Of a DNA stretch of 41,947 nucleotides, positions 15,658-24,547 are shown one piece after another (the first letter of the stretch is position 1; each line of letters starts with the position of its first letter). Source of the DNA: a virus. The stretch lies in the IMG/VR virus record IMGVR_UViG_3300042278_000030; one strand, given 5' to 3'. Both the position numbers and the translations under genes were made by a program. The notes beneath the pieces are model-generated. The model was not told where the DNA came from, did not search any database, and was given only the letters and a program-made list of their open reading frames with translations.

Positions 15658-16815
15658 TTAACTCGACAGCATAGATGGCTTAACAAAGTTGCTGGCAACG
15701 TGACCGTGCTCTTTATGATAAGTCATGCAGTCAACGGCTCTATCTGAAATGTAGCCGCCATGACTTGCGTGAGCGTCCCTAGCTGCCATTGTCTGATGCT
15801 GATACACCGTCATGCCGCTACGCTCTTTCGTCTCCATGTGATGCCTGTGGCCGGTGTGCGCGTGACGGTATTTTGTGGCGCCCCAGATTTCAGGGAATTG
15901 AGACGCAAAAAGTAGCGGTAGTTCGTGATTTGGCTTTTTGTGCCCGTGATGCCAGCCCAGCATCACTTTTCCGAACTGGTATGCGTAGTACGGTATTTCT
16001 GTGTCTATGATCTCAACTCGAGGTTCGTTGATATAGAGCGCGGCAAACATCTTCCGCATCCACATGCTCGAGACGATGTTGTGATTACCTTCCGCCATAA
16101 GGCAAATAACTTTCTTGTGACGCTTTAGCGCCTCATCAATAAACCGCCGCCTAATCCTGATGCTGGTTTCTATGATCTTCGGGAATCTTCCGTCTGCGTC
16201 CAATTGGTAACGATTAGTCGGAGTTACTGCATCGAACCCGTCGAAATGCTCAAAGTCGCCAAGCTCGCCAACAATTGCGTACTCTGAATTTGGAGCGCCG
16301 TCCATCATTGCTATAAATGCGCCAACCAGCGTTTCTTCTGCTATTTTCAGATCCCAATCAGCTCCGCCCTCTCTATGCCATGCCAGCATGCCTACGTGAC
16401 AATCGGTTAGAGTGTAAAGATTCAGAAGGTCCGAGTTTAGTTGCCGCTTTGGCTTTTTGATCGGGGAGGATGGCGGGATTTCTTTTGATAGTTCTGCTAC
16501 TGCGGCCTGCATCAACTCCAACTGCCGTTCTGCGTCCTGGTTCGTCTTAACCCATTGCAGAACCGGCTGGCCTTCTTTGTATAGCGTTGATGTCCCTTTG
16601 ACTGCGTAGCCGTCAGGTACGGTATGGCGCATATCGTGCTCGGGCGCATGGCCTTTCTTGGCCGCTCTGGCGCGTATCGTGCGCATGGCCTTCCGTATGT
16701 TTCCCGGGTCTGCGCCCACCTTCTCGGCAATCTGCGCGCTTGATAGTCCTTCATCCATCAGGCGCCCGATTTCTTTCTGTCTCTCTGAGTTGGCATAATC
16801 GACAAAACCAGCCAT
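15658..16815 (-). CDS. N-terminal HTH fused to a calcineurin-like metallophosphoesterase
   Basis: ATG 16815 follows GGAGcgcttgcg. HTH segment LSSAQIAEKVGADPGNIRKAMRTIRARAAKKG. Phosphoesterase motifs DCH, GDFEH, GNHN, GWHHGH and GHRHH occur in canonical order. Confidence 0.85.
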   Translation of the reverse strand: MAGFVDYANSERQKEIGRLMDEGLSSAQIAEKVGADPGNIRKAMRTIRARAAKKGHAPEHDMRHTVPDGYAVKGTSTLYKEGQPVLQWVKTNQDAERQLELMQAAVAELSKEIPPSSPIKKPKRQLNSDLLNLYTLTDCHVGMLAWHREGGADWDLKIAEETLVGAFIAMMDGAPNSEYAIVGELGDFEHFDGFDAVTPTNRYQLDADGRFPKIIETSIRIRRRFIDEALKRHKKVICLMAEGNHNIVSSMWMRKMFAALYINEPRVEIIDTEIPYYAYQFGKVMLGWHHGHKKPNHELPLLFASQFPEIWGATKYRHAHTGHRHHMETKERSGMTVYQHQTMAARDAHASHGGYISDRAVDCMTYHKEHGHVASNFVKPSMLSS

Positions 16816-16846
16816 CGCAAGCGCTCCGTTATGAGTAGTAGCCCGT

Positions 16847-16876
16847 AGTATAGCCTTAGTAGGCATATAACAACAA
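16847..16876 (-). promoter_or_regulatory. Candidate promoter (TTGTTG-18-TATACT) overlapping the terminator U-tract
   Basis: Minus strand ...GCGCCTTTTTTGTTGttatatgcctactaaggcTATACT. Confidence 0.4.
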
Positions 16877-16896
16877 AAAAGGCGCATATCAGCGCC
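16875..16896 (-). terminator. Intrinsic terminator after the lysis cassette
   Basis: Minus strand GGCGC tgatat GCGCC followed by TTTTTTGTTG. Confidence 0.5.
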
Positions 16897-16935
16897 CGTT
16901 CTGTCCACAGTACCAATTTGGGTATCATCGTACCT

Positions 16936-17184
16936 TTATTGGGACTGGTAGAATTGTCGTTCAGCCCGCTGCTTTTCATTGCACTTCAGCAGGCTTTGCC
17001 ACAGCTCAAACGACCAGTCGTAATAGTCGCCAAGTGTGCCGCCGTTGCGGGGAGGGATTTCACAGTCAGCCATCCACGCCGGTTCTGGCTTTATCATCAC
17101 TGTTTCCGTCTTCACGTTGCGGCCCAAACTGCAAGCTGTCATCGAGATGCAAAGCCATGCACTCACTAGTAACCTTGTCCACAT
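16936..17184 (-). CDS. Rz1: o-spanin (Rz1-like outer-membrane lipoprotein)
   Basis: AGGAGGccagaaagaATG at 17184. Lipobox LCISMTAC. Overlaps the 3' end of the i-spanin gene in another frame. Confidence 0.8.
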   Translation of the reverse strand: MWTRLLVSAWLCISMTACSLGRNVKTETVMIKPEPAWMADCEIPPRNGGTLGDYYDWSFELWQSLLKCNEKQRAERQFYQSQ

Positions 17185-17485
17185 TCTTTCTGGCCTCCTG
17201 TATCGCAAACCGATAGGCCCGCTCGCTTCGTTCAAGTTGCTGAGCTCTGCGTTGCTGTTCGGTTAGTGCCTGCTGGCGCTGTTCACTGATCTTGCTCAAC
17301 TGCTCAAGCCTTGCGTTTTGGATGGCAATCGTCTCTTCTTGAGCCACCGCCCGCTGCTCAAGCCCGCCAAACTCCTTGAGTTCAGTCCAGAACCAATAAG
17401 CGGCGCCACCAGCCACCACCAACAGGGCAATGGCGAGGTAGCCGCTAAACGGTGTTGCCGCGAATCGTTGAATTAGCTTTAGCAT
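17066..17485 (-). CDS. Rz: i-spanin (Rz-like)
   Basis: AGGAGcgagagaATG at 17485. N-terminal TM helix GYLAIALLVVAGGAAYWFW is followed by a coiled-coil periplasmic domain. Confidence 0.8.
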   Translation of the reverse strand: MLKLIQRFAATPFSGYLAIALLVVAGGAAYWFWTELKEFGGLEQRAVAQEETIAIQNARLEQLSKISEQRQQALTEQQRRAQQLERSERAYRFAIQEARKNVDKVTSECMALHLDDSLQFGPQREDGNSDDKARTGVDG

Positions 17486-17645
17486 TCTCTCGCTCCTGAA
17501 GCCATTTATACAACCCAAACACCCCGGCATTCATAACAAGGAATTCTTCATGCGCTGCCGGGTTGGTTATCACGATATACGTACACAGCACGCAATACCA
17601 GAATATCAGGATTTCGTTGGCGGCGTTTTTAAGGATATCCATCAC
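17445..17645 (-). CDS. Small membrane protein, holin/antiholin candidate
   Basis: ATGA overlap with the endolysin stop. TM helix EILIFWYCVLCTYIVIT, a second short hydrophobic stretch and a charged C-terminus. Confidence 0.6.
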   Translation of the reverse strand: MMDILKNAANEILIFWYCVLCTYIVITNPAAHEEFLVMNAGVFGLYKWLQERENAKANSTIRGNTV

Positions 17646-18052
17646 TCCACCAGCTCAAAATGCACAAGATCATCAAAACCGTTATCAGCCACTTCCGTGT
17701 CACGGTCCCAGTCGCCGCCCCATCGCAGCCGATGCGTTATCATGCCTTCGTCGTGCAGCACCTGGGCCACGCCCATGACATACCCAGCGAACAGGATCAT
17801 CCGCTCCCTATCCTTCCAGTCGATAGGGTATGGCGCCGCATCAACCGCCATGCTAGGCGTTTTGTTGTGCTTTCCGTTCGGCCATTTAACCTTTGATTTG
17901 CCGGAGTTGTACGCCTCCATTTGTGCGGCCTTGCCCCTGTGACCGCACAGAATCGAGTTGTCGAAATGACTGATAACCGTGTTAAATATTAGCTGCAAGT
18001 CCTTGTGGCATGTTTTTAGCCTGGCTTTGCTGGTTTCGCTGTACCTTGGCAT
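17642..18052 (-). CDS. Endolysin, peptidase M15 (VanY / L-alanyl-D-glutamate peptidase type)
   Basis: GKHNKTPSMAVDAAPYPIDW and GGDW...DDLVHFEL are the zinc-ligand motifs of T5-type endolysins. No SAR or signal sequence. Confidence 0.9.
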   Translation of the reverse strand: MPRYSETSKARLKTCHKDLQLIFNTVISHFDNSILCGHRGKAAQMEAYNSGKSKVKWPNGKHNKTPSMAVDAAPYPIDWKDRERMILFAGYVMGVAQVLHDEGMITHRLRWGGDWDRDTEVADNGFDDLVHFELVE

Positions 18053-18163
18053 ACCGCCTCCCGATAAACACCCGCCCCGAAACAGGGGCTGTCAGTTGCG
18101 CCAGGCGCTTCGATTCTGTGCATTACTTACCACCACCACACCTTGTTTTTAGCGGCTCCCATT

Positions 18164-20377
18164 TTAATCCACACTGAACACAACGTTTATAGAAAATAGT
18201 GCTGGCTGCACACTGCCCCAGTTAATAACAACATCCCCGGTTTGTGCGTTTATAAGCGCATATGCACCTTCAAACTCACCCACTCCAGACACATACATTG
18301 AAGATGGTGGCCTGTACCCAATCGGCAGATTAAAGGCGCTGGTATTGTCTGTCCCACCTGATAACGTAACACTAATATGCACACGACCGTCAAACAACCT
18401 TCTGTATCCCATGGATGAAGGATTCAGCGTAAATCCGTTTTGCATGGATGGAGTTTGCCAATCTAACCCTTCATCCTTTGATCCAGACAGTTCATTTGGA
18501 GCAACGTTATATTTGATATCCGCGCTTGCTACTGTGTTGTTGCGCAACTTAGCACTTGACACGCCTGACATTCTAATCCCGCTGTTGTACACATCCCCAG
18601 CCGTGCTTAAAATGTCGTTGTTGACGACTGTGGGTCGAGGGGAATTTTCGATCACGATAGCATCGCGCTTGACAGAATCGATGGTGTAGTCGTTGTTTGC
18701 GTTATGTATCACGTTGCTCATTACATTAATACGATTACAGTTATCGATTACTACCGCTGTGCGAGTTGTGTGTCTAATAACGTTGTTCGATATCGTTAAA
18801 TTGCTGACCCCACTTACAACGAACGCGCTACTACAGACTGACCCGATTGGATCATTTGATGTAACAAATTTTCCATTTATGGAATTATCCGTAATGGACT
18901 GAACAAAGAATGTGGAAGCAAGAACGTTATCTGGGTCAGTTATTTTTGAGTACACAAATGTCGGGTTGTATTCTCTGATTATGTTCCCGCTTATCTTCGC
19001 TCCAGCCAAGTAACCCTTGTAGAATCCTGCACCACAAAAATCGGCGTTGTTATCAACTACCTCTATGTGGGACGTTGCTACTGATGTGGTAGGCATCTCT
19101 ACGCACCAGCTATCCAAGCTATCTTGGTCAGCGGGAGCAGCAACTCCGGAGGGTATAGTGTACTGATACCCCAGACTGTGGAACCGGTTTGATAATATCC
19201 TCCACCCACGGAAACTCGACACCGTTCCTGAGTTATATGTGTGCAGCTTTCCTACTACACCGCGTTTACATACCGAAAATAAAGAATCTGAAATTATCGC
19301 ATTCCTACCGACTCCAACAACTGAGTCGTTCAGATACGCGAATATACAATTCTTAACGATAAAATCCAAGTTTGAGTATACTTCTGCATCTCCGACCGAC
19401 GTTCTGTCTACTACCAACCCATTTGCTGATCCGAAGCTGGTGGTACTACCGTTTCCTCGAAGCGCAATGTTTTCTACTCGAAGTCCATACCCAGAACACT
19501 GGATGATATCTATAGGTTGATCGGTATAAAAGCCCTCCGTATATTCAGCAGATGGCTCGGAGTATAAAGTAAAGTCATTAGCGTTTATTGCTATACTCGA
19601 TGCAACGTAATACGATGGATATCCATTTGACAGACTTCCAGATTTTGGAACCCGAACAGAACCACCATCTCCAGCAAACCGTATGGCTGCATTAATAGCT
19701 GGCGAACAATCGGTAGTTTGATCTCCGACGGCCCCAAACTGAACTATGCTAATAACACCGTTGGTAAACAGTCCTTTAGCCTGCAAGCCGCTGCCGACCA
19801 AATCAATATAGCTGCCGCCATCATCAACCCCAGTCCCCGTGGCCACAATTTCGTAGTCGTTTCCGCCACCATCGCCAGGAGTGTAATACCCAAGCGTCCG
19901 GACCTTTTGTCCAACTTTCAGGTATGTCGCAGCTGCCATATCTGCAACATTGTCAAATGTGATAACACGCGCACTGATCGCGGCTTGAACGCTTACACCA
20001 TCTTCGGTACCAATCAAACCAGCGCCGCCGGCAGCGGCCAAGTCTTGGCGCAGCACAGCATCCCCAACCGATACAAGATTGCTGTCTACGTCCGGAGTAG
20101 TGGCGGTGGTTGTGTAAGGCAGGGTGCCGGCAGCCGCTCGGTAGAACTCGCCGTTGTATTCGATAACTTGGTTGTACATCGTCAGCTCAATGCCGGGCGC
20201 ATACGAGCCAAGAATATGATATCCGGCCTGCCCGGCCAGCGTTACGCGAGAGCGACCAAACCGATCAGTCCACGTGGTATCGGTAGAGTTGACCGCAGCG
20301 TCCAGATTTTCCGAGTTATCCGAAAGGTCACGCGGATCGGTGGAGCCAAGTGGATTGCCAGTGTTATAAGTCGTCAT
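18164..20377 (-). CDS. Tailspike / depolymerase-like receptor-binding protein (right-handed beta-helix, pectate-lyase-3-like)
   Basis: Conserved adaptor N-terminus NPLGSTDPRDLSDNSENLDAAVNS. IVQFGAVGDQTTDCSPAINAAI is typical of pectate-lyase-fold spikes. Repetitive N-x-I/V beta-helix rungs follow. Confidence 0.9.
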   Translation of the reverse strand: MTTYNTGNPLGSTDPRDLSDNSENLDAAVNSTDTTWTDRFGRSRVTLAGQAGYHILGSYAPGIELTMYNQVIEYNGEFYRAAAGTLPYTTTATTPDVDSNLVSVGDAVLRQDLAAAGGAGLIGTEDGVSVQAAISARVITFDNVADMAAATYLKVGQKVRTLGYYTPGDGGGNDYEIVATGTGVDDGGSYIDLVGSGLQAKGLFTNGVISIVQFGAVGDQTTDCSPAINAAIRFAGDGGSVRVPKSGSLSNGYPSYYVASSIAINANDFTLYSEPSAEYTEGFYTDQPIDIIQCSGYGLRVENIALRGNGSTTSFGSANGLVVDRTSVGDAEVYSNLDFIVKNCIFAYLNDSVVGVGRNAIISDSLFSVCKRGVVGKLHTYNSGTVSSFRGWRILSNRFHSLGYQYTIPSGVAAPADQDSLDSWCVEMPTTSVATSHIEVVDNNADFCGAGFYKGYLAGAKISGNIIREYNPTFVYSKITDPDNVLASTFFVQSITDNSINGKFVTSNDPIGSVCSSAFVVSGVSNLTISNNVIRHTTRTAVVIDNCNRINVMSNVIHNANNDYTIDSVKRDAIVIENSPRPTVVNNDILSTAGDVYNSGIRMSGVSSAKLRNNTVASADIKYNVAPNELSGSKDEGLDWQTPSMQNGFTLNPSSMGYRRLFDGRVHISVTLSGGTDNTSAFNLPIGYRPPSSMYVSGVGEFEGAYALINAQTGDVVINWGSVQPALFSINVVFSVD

Positions 20378-20424
20378 TACATTCCCCTGTCGTCTCGACG
20401 GTGATTAATGTGTTCATTGTAGCG

Positions 20425-23124
20425 CTACTGCGGGCTGTTGTCGTCATCTGCATAGACTCGATCATCGTAATTCGATGCCGTCACGCTGACCTCTAGCGGC
20501 CCGTTCGGGCTTATCTGTGTGATCAGCGCCGGGAAGCACCATCGTTCGGTGGTGCCAAAGTAGACGTGCGTCGGTTCTCTGTCGCCGGGGAGTACGGCAG
20601 GCCACGGCTGCGGGATTTCCACCAGCAGCGTGTATTCGTCTGGCCCCTGAGTGCATGGAAACGGGCCAACGGTTTCGCCACTCTCGGCGCGATAGGCGAC
20701 AACGTGACTCTTGCCAGGCTCAAATTCCATGGGTTCGGACACAGTGATCCGGTCGGCTTCGATGCCTTCCAGGATCGCCACCTTGCCGTAACCCGGGACA
20801 TCGTCCAACAGCGGCACGTAGGAAAGGTAACTTGAATTGAGCGCGTCCAGCTCAGTATCGAACGTATACGTCCAACGCCGGTAACGCTGCGCCCTTCTGC
20901 GCCTCATGCCGATGCGCCATGCGCGGGTACGATCTGTCACGCCGTCCAGCTTGATCTTGTCCACCTTGATCTGCTGATCGCCGGGCAAGGTGCACATAAC
21001 CGTCTCGGTCGTCCATGTGTCTGCGTCGGTGTACTCCACTTCAACGCCGTCCGACTCGTCCGGCTGCTTGCCGCTGAACTGCCGGCGTAGTGGCGCGGTC
21101 ATGTTCTCCGGGCTGTATCCGTCTTCCAGTTGCGTGCGGGGCTCGTCCCTGACCGGGGTAATGATGCCGTTATCCAGCGTCACGTCTGCAAAGCCAGCCC
21201 TGAGCATCATCTTCATGGCGTCCAGTGCGGTGCCGTCGTTAATGACAAAATCAAAAGTGTCGCCACGCGGTTGCCAGATGCCATCCAGCCGCTGAAGCTC
21301 GCTGATATTGATCTGGTCATCGCCGTAACCCAAAGAGCGTGCAACGTAAGCCGTGGCGTCAGCAATAGAGCGGGTGGTTGTCGGGGTTCCGCCTGCGACG
21401 GGCGGCAGTTTGCGCGTGGCAACGAGGTTGATCTGGTTGTTGGACTGGCTGCCAATCTTGTCCGTTCCCGTGATCGTCACGGCCATGGTGGTGACGCCCG
21501 CATAACTCGTCACCGTGGGCAGCCGGGCTTTCAGTGCTTGCCATTCGATTCGATCAAGGTCAGCGAGCTCGGAGCTTTCAGCGGTCACACGACGAACCCG
21601 AACTTCTGGGCGTATGGCCGAACCAAGGTCTAGCCGGTACGTAAACCCAAGCTGGTCGCGGGTGGCATTGTCCAGCGTGTAAATATGACTGTTCCAAGCG
21701 GTGCTCCCCAGCTCTCGCCACTGGATTTCAATCTGCCGTTTGCTCCCGAAAGGCACCACTTTGTCACCGTCGATTCTGCCTTGCCCTTGGGGCAGAAATA
21801 CATCGATCTCGATCGTGGATGTGGTTTCACCGGAAGGGCAGGCGACGAACGGCCCGGCCCAGCCTTCGGACTCAGACCGCTCTGCAAGTAGCACGTCAGC
21901 GTAACCTGTGCCGCCAGAAAATCCCGTCCATGCGGTGTCTTCTGCGCCGTTCAGAAAGCGGGACAGGCCGAAGCCGTCTACCAGTTCGGGGTAGGTGGTA
22001 TCGTAAATGATGCTGTCGATGCGAAAGTCTTCGTCCTCCCGGCGCGTGAACATGAGATAGGTGCCGGGCGTCCAGCCGGTTACGGGCGATCCGTCTTGGG
22101 TGATGGTGATGTCGTTGCCCGCTTTGGTGTCGATCAGGAAGACGCCATTAGCTTCGGCAAGCTCTGTTGATCGCAGTCTGATCTGATCGCCCACGTCAGC
22201 ATCACCCCAATCACCGGTCAGGGTTACGATGCCGTTAACATCAACCGAAACCGTGACGCTCTGGCGGACAGAAATTGCGATGAAATCGCCCTCAGCCCAG
22301 TCGCCCGGGAAGAATACCGTTGTGCTGGTAGTGCGGATTTCGTTGCCGCTGTAACTGAGCTGCACGTTATTCAGCCCGGCGGACAGGGAGCGGCCACGGT
22401 ACAGACGTATACCGCTGGAGCCGGTGGTGGCCCCGACTTCGGGAGCGGTGTACCAGTTTTCGTGCGCGGGATGACTGGATACGTCTTCGCCTGGCTCGAA
22501 GATCTGGTAACTGATGGAGTCGCCAAGCTGGGCGAAAGGCGTCTCCCCGAGCTTAAGCAGGGCGATTTCAATCAAGCAGCTGCCGGCGGTCACACACAGC
22601 ATGATGTGCTGAGCCTGGGTTCGGGCGTCTCGGTAGTATTTGCGCGGCTGGTTGACGTAATCCGGGTAGCGGATGTATCGACCCAGCAGCTCTGGGATGC
22701 CTTGGCCCAGGCGGGCGGTGTTGGCGCGGGCGTCTGCGGGTGATAGCTGCGCACCCTGCTGCCCCTGGCCGCTGGATTGTATTGATGGGATGTTGATCAG
22801 AGCATCCAATGCCGCCTGACCAGCGAGAGCTGAGCCGGCAAAGAACGGATTGAAAAGAAAGCCGCCGATGCCGCTAAAAAAATCCCCGACACTACCGAAG
22901 GGCACCACGCGAAACTCGACGTTATCGCGCTCGCCAATCACCACGTCTTTCCAGTCCATCGGGTCAACGATGGCACCGTTAATTGAGCAGCTTACGGGCT
23001 GCACTGAGCCTCGCCGGTAATCCTCGGTCTGCCCCTTGAGCCAATCCTCAACCGTTATGCCGTAGTCGCTATAGACCTCAACCGGATCAGCGGGCATGAT
23101 GGTGTCGAACACTTTAATCGTCAT
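20425..23124 (-). CDS. Central tail tip / host-specificity protein (lambda gpJ-like)
   Basis: 899 aa, immediately after the K/L/M-like genes. Assigned from size and position. Confidence 0.85.
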   Translation of the reverse strand: MTIKVFDTIMPADPVEVYSDYGITVEDWLKGQTEDYRRGSVQPVSCSINGAIVDPMDWKDVVIGERDNVEFRVVPFGSVGDFFSGIGGFLFNPFFAGSALAGQAALDALINIPSIQSSGQGQQGAQLSPADARANTARLGQGIPELLGRYIRYPDYVNQPRKYYRDARTQAQHIMLCVTAGSCLIEIALLKLGETPFAQLGDSISYQIFEPGEDVSSHPAHENWYTAPEVGATTGSSGIRLYRGRSLSAGLNNVQLSYSGNEIRTTSTTVFFPGDWAEGDFIAISVRQSVTVSVDVNGIVTLTGDWGDADVGDQIRLRSTELAEANGVFLIDTKAGNDITITQDGSPVTGWTPGTYLMFTRREDEDFRIDSIIYDTTYPELVDGFGLSRFLNGAEDTAWTGFSGGTGYADVLLAERSESEGWAGPFVACPSGETTSTIEIDVFLPQGQGRIDGDKVVPFGSKRQIEIQWRELGSTAWNSHIYTLDNATRDQLGFTYRLDLGSAIRPEVRVRRVTAESSELADLDRIEWQALKARLPTVTSYAGVTTMAVTITGTDKIGSQSNNQINLVATRKLPPVAGGTPTTTRSIADATAYVARSLGYGDDQINISELQRLDGIWQPRGDTFDFVINDGTALDAMKMMLRAGFADVTLDNGIITPVRDEPRTQLEDGYSPENMTAPLRRQFSGKQPDESDGVEVEYTDADTWTTETVMCTLPGDQQIKVDKIKLDGVTDRTRAWRIGMRRRRAQRYRRWTYTFDTELDALNSSYLSYVPLLDDVPGYGKVAILEGIEADRITVSEPMEFEPGKSHVVAYRAESGETVGPFPCTQGPDEYTLLVEIPQPWPAVLPGDREPTHVYFGTTERWCFPALITQISPNGPLEVSVTASNYDDRVYADDDNSPQ

Positions 23125-23515
23125 AGAAAACGACTCGCAGGTAGCGTTGCTGGAAGGGTTTAAGGCTCACAAGGCGAGGGCCGTGCCGGCCTTTGCCGGG
23201 CTCATCGGTTTCGAGAATCATCAGGCGCCCGTCGATCTCGACAACGATGGCGATGTGCGTGCATAGACTGCCCCGGTAGCAGCAGGCGATGGCCCCAGGA
23301 CGAGGATCGCAGGTGTGGTAGTTCACCGACTCTGCCAGCATGGCCTTAGTCAGCGCTCGCTTGTCCGAGCCTTCGACCGCCCCGTGCTCCGGCATCCAGG
23401 GCTTGCCGAACAGATGCACCCTTGCCAGCCGTACCAACCCGTAGCAGTCTGCGCCAGTCGGCAGCCGACCATTCGGCACGTAGGGGACTTTCAGGAGATC
23501 GTCGAGCGTCATCAT
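23114..23515 (-). CDS. NlpC/P60-domain tail tip protein (lambda gpK-like)
   Basis: GADCYGLV (catalytic Cys) and CTHIAIVV (His) motifs. Position between the L-like and J-like genes. Confidence 0.85.
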   Translation of the reverse strand: MMTLDDLLKVPYVPNGRLPTGADCYGLVRLARVHLFGKPWMPEHGAVEGSDKRALTKAMLAESVNYHTCDPRPGAIACCYRGSLCTHIAIVVEIDGRLMILETDEPGKGRHGPRLVSLKPFQQRYLRVVFYDD

Positions 23516-23997
23516 ATGTACCGGAGCCCAGGGAACTCGTTAGCAGTGTAGCGTCTGCGCGGCCATTGGGTGTTCAGTAAATCGAAGTAGCCAGCCTCCA
23601 CCTGAACCATCATCCCGTTAAACGAGCCGCCACGCATAACCATCTTGTATGGCCGCTTTGCAGGGGCTGTCAGGTCGGTAGACAAGAACACGCGATAGTT
23701 AACTGGCACATGCGAGTCTGACTCGATAGCAGCCTCTACAGCCTCCTGAGCCTGCCCCGTGACGTTGGCAATAGCAAACGTTAGTGTCTGGTTTCCGCTT
23801 GTGTCTTTGGACGGCTCCTTGTACTCAAACGGCCCAGCCTGAAACGTGACTGTCTCGCCAGTCTCAAGCGTTGCGGTCAAGTCCTCATACGCTGCCACAA
23901 CGCGGATAGGATCGAAGCCTGGCACTAGAATCTCCAGCGTCGGCAGAATCACATACTCAGCCGGGGCGCTGGCGTACACCGTGCTAATGATGCTCAT
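23512..23997 (-). CDS. Minor tail protein L-like (DUF1833-like)
   Basis: ATG 23997 chosen over the GTG at 24015. Assigned from size and position in the tail-tip cluster. Confidence 0.75.
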   Translation of the reverse strand: MSIISTVYASAPAEYVILPTLEILVPGFDPIRVVAAYEDLTATLETGETVTFQAGPFEYKEPSKDTSGNQTLTFAIANVTGQAQEAVEAAIESDSHVPVNYRVFLSTDLTAPAKRPYKMVMRGGSFNGMMVQVEAGYFDLLNTQWPRRRYTANEFPGLRYI

Positions 23998-24086
23998 ACA
24001 GGCCACCACTTGCACAGGGCCAGATCAATCACGGCTCGTCTTTGTGGCCAGTTCACGGCCATGTCGATGATTGCGTTACTGTTCAT
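23994..24086 (-). CDS. 30-aa mini-ORF coupled by ATGA overlaps at both ends
   Basis: MNSNAIIDMAVNWPQRRAVIDLALCKWWPV. Its start overlaps the M-like stop and its stop overlaps the L-like start. Confidence 0.35.
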   Translation of the reverse strand: MNSNAIIDMAVNWPQRRAVIDLALCKWWPV

Positions 24087-24547
24087 GCTTCAGGCCACCT
24101 CTGATTTAAGGAAATGTCGATAATGGACGAACCTTGGATAAACTCTTGGCCATACTGCCACCATTCCCGAGTCAGCACAGGCCGCTCCCTGATTTCCAGT
24201 TGCGCACTGAATCGCCAGTTGTTGGCGTCGTCAATGGTCGGGCCATCGTACATTTCCATGAACCGGCATTCGTAGGGCGCAAAATTGCCAACGGGTGTTT
24301 TCAGGTCGATGTTGAACCATTCTGCCCCGTCCGTGATTTCGTATTTGAACCACGCCTCGAATAATTGGGCGTTCGTTTCATTCATGTACCAATTCAGCGT
24401 TACCACCGACGGAACACTGGTAAACGTCCTGCGCTGCCTCGCCCGCCCGGTGGCCATGGCGGTACGCGCAAATGGGCTCACATGCTGAATGTCATAGTTG
24501 TCACGCAGCGGTTTTGGCAGATAGCTTGGGTAGTCTTTGGTCGCCAT
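24083..24547 (-). CDS. Minor/distal tail protein (lambda gpM position)
   Basis: Directly follows the tape measure gene. 154 aa. Confidence 0.75.
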   Translation of the reverse strand: MATKDYPSYLPKPLRDNYDIQHVSPFARTAMATGRARQRRTFTSVPSVVTLNWYMNETNAQLFEAWFKYEITDGAEWFNIDLKTPVGNFAPYECRFMEMYDGPTIDDANNWRFSAQLEIRERPVLTREWWQYGQEFIQGSSIIDISLNQRWPEA

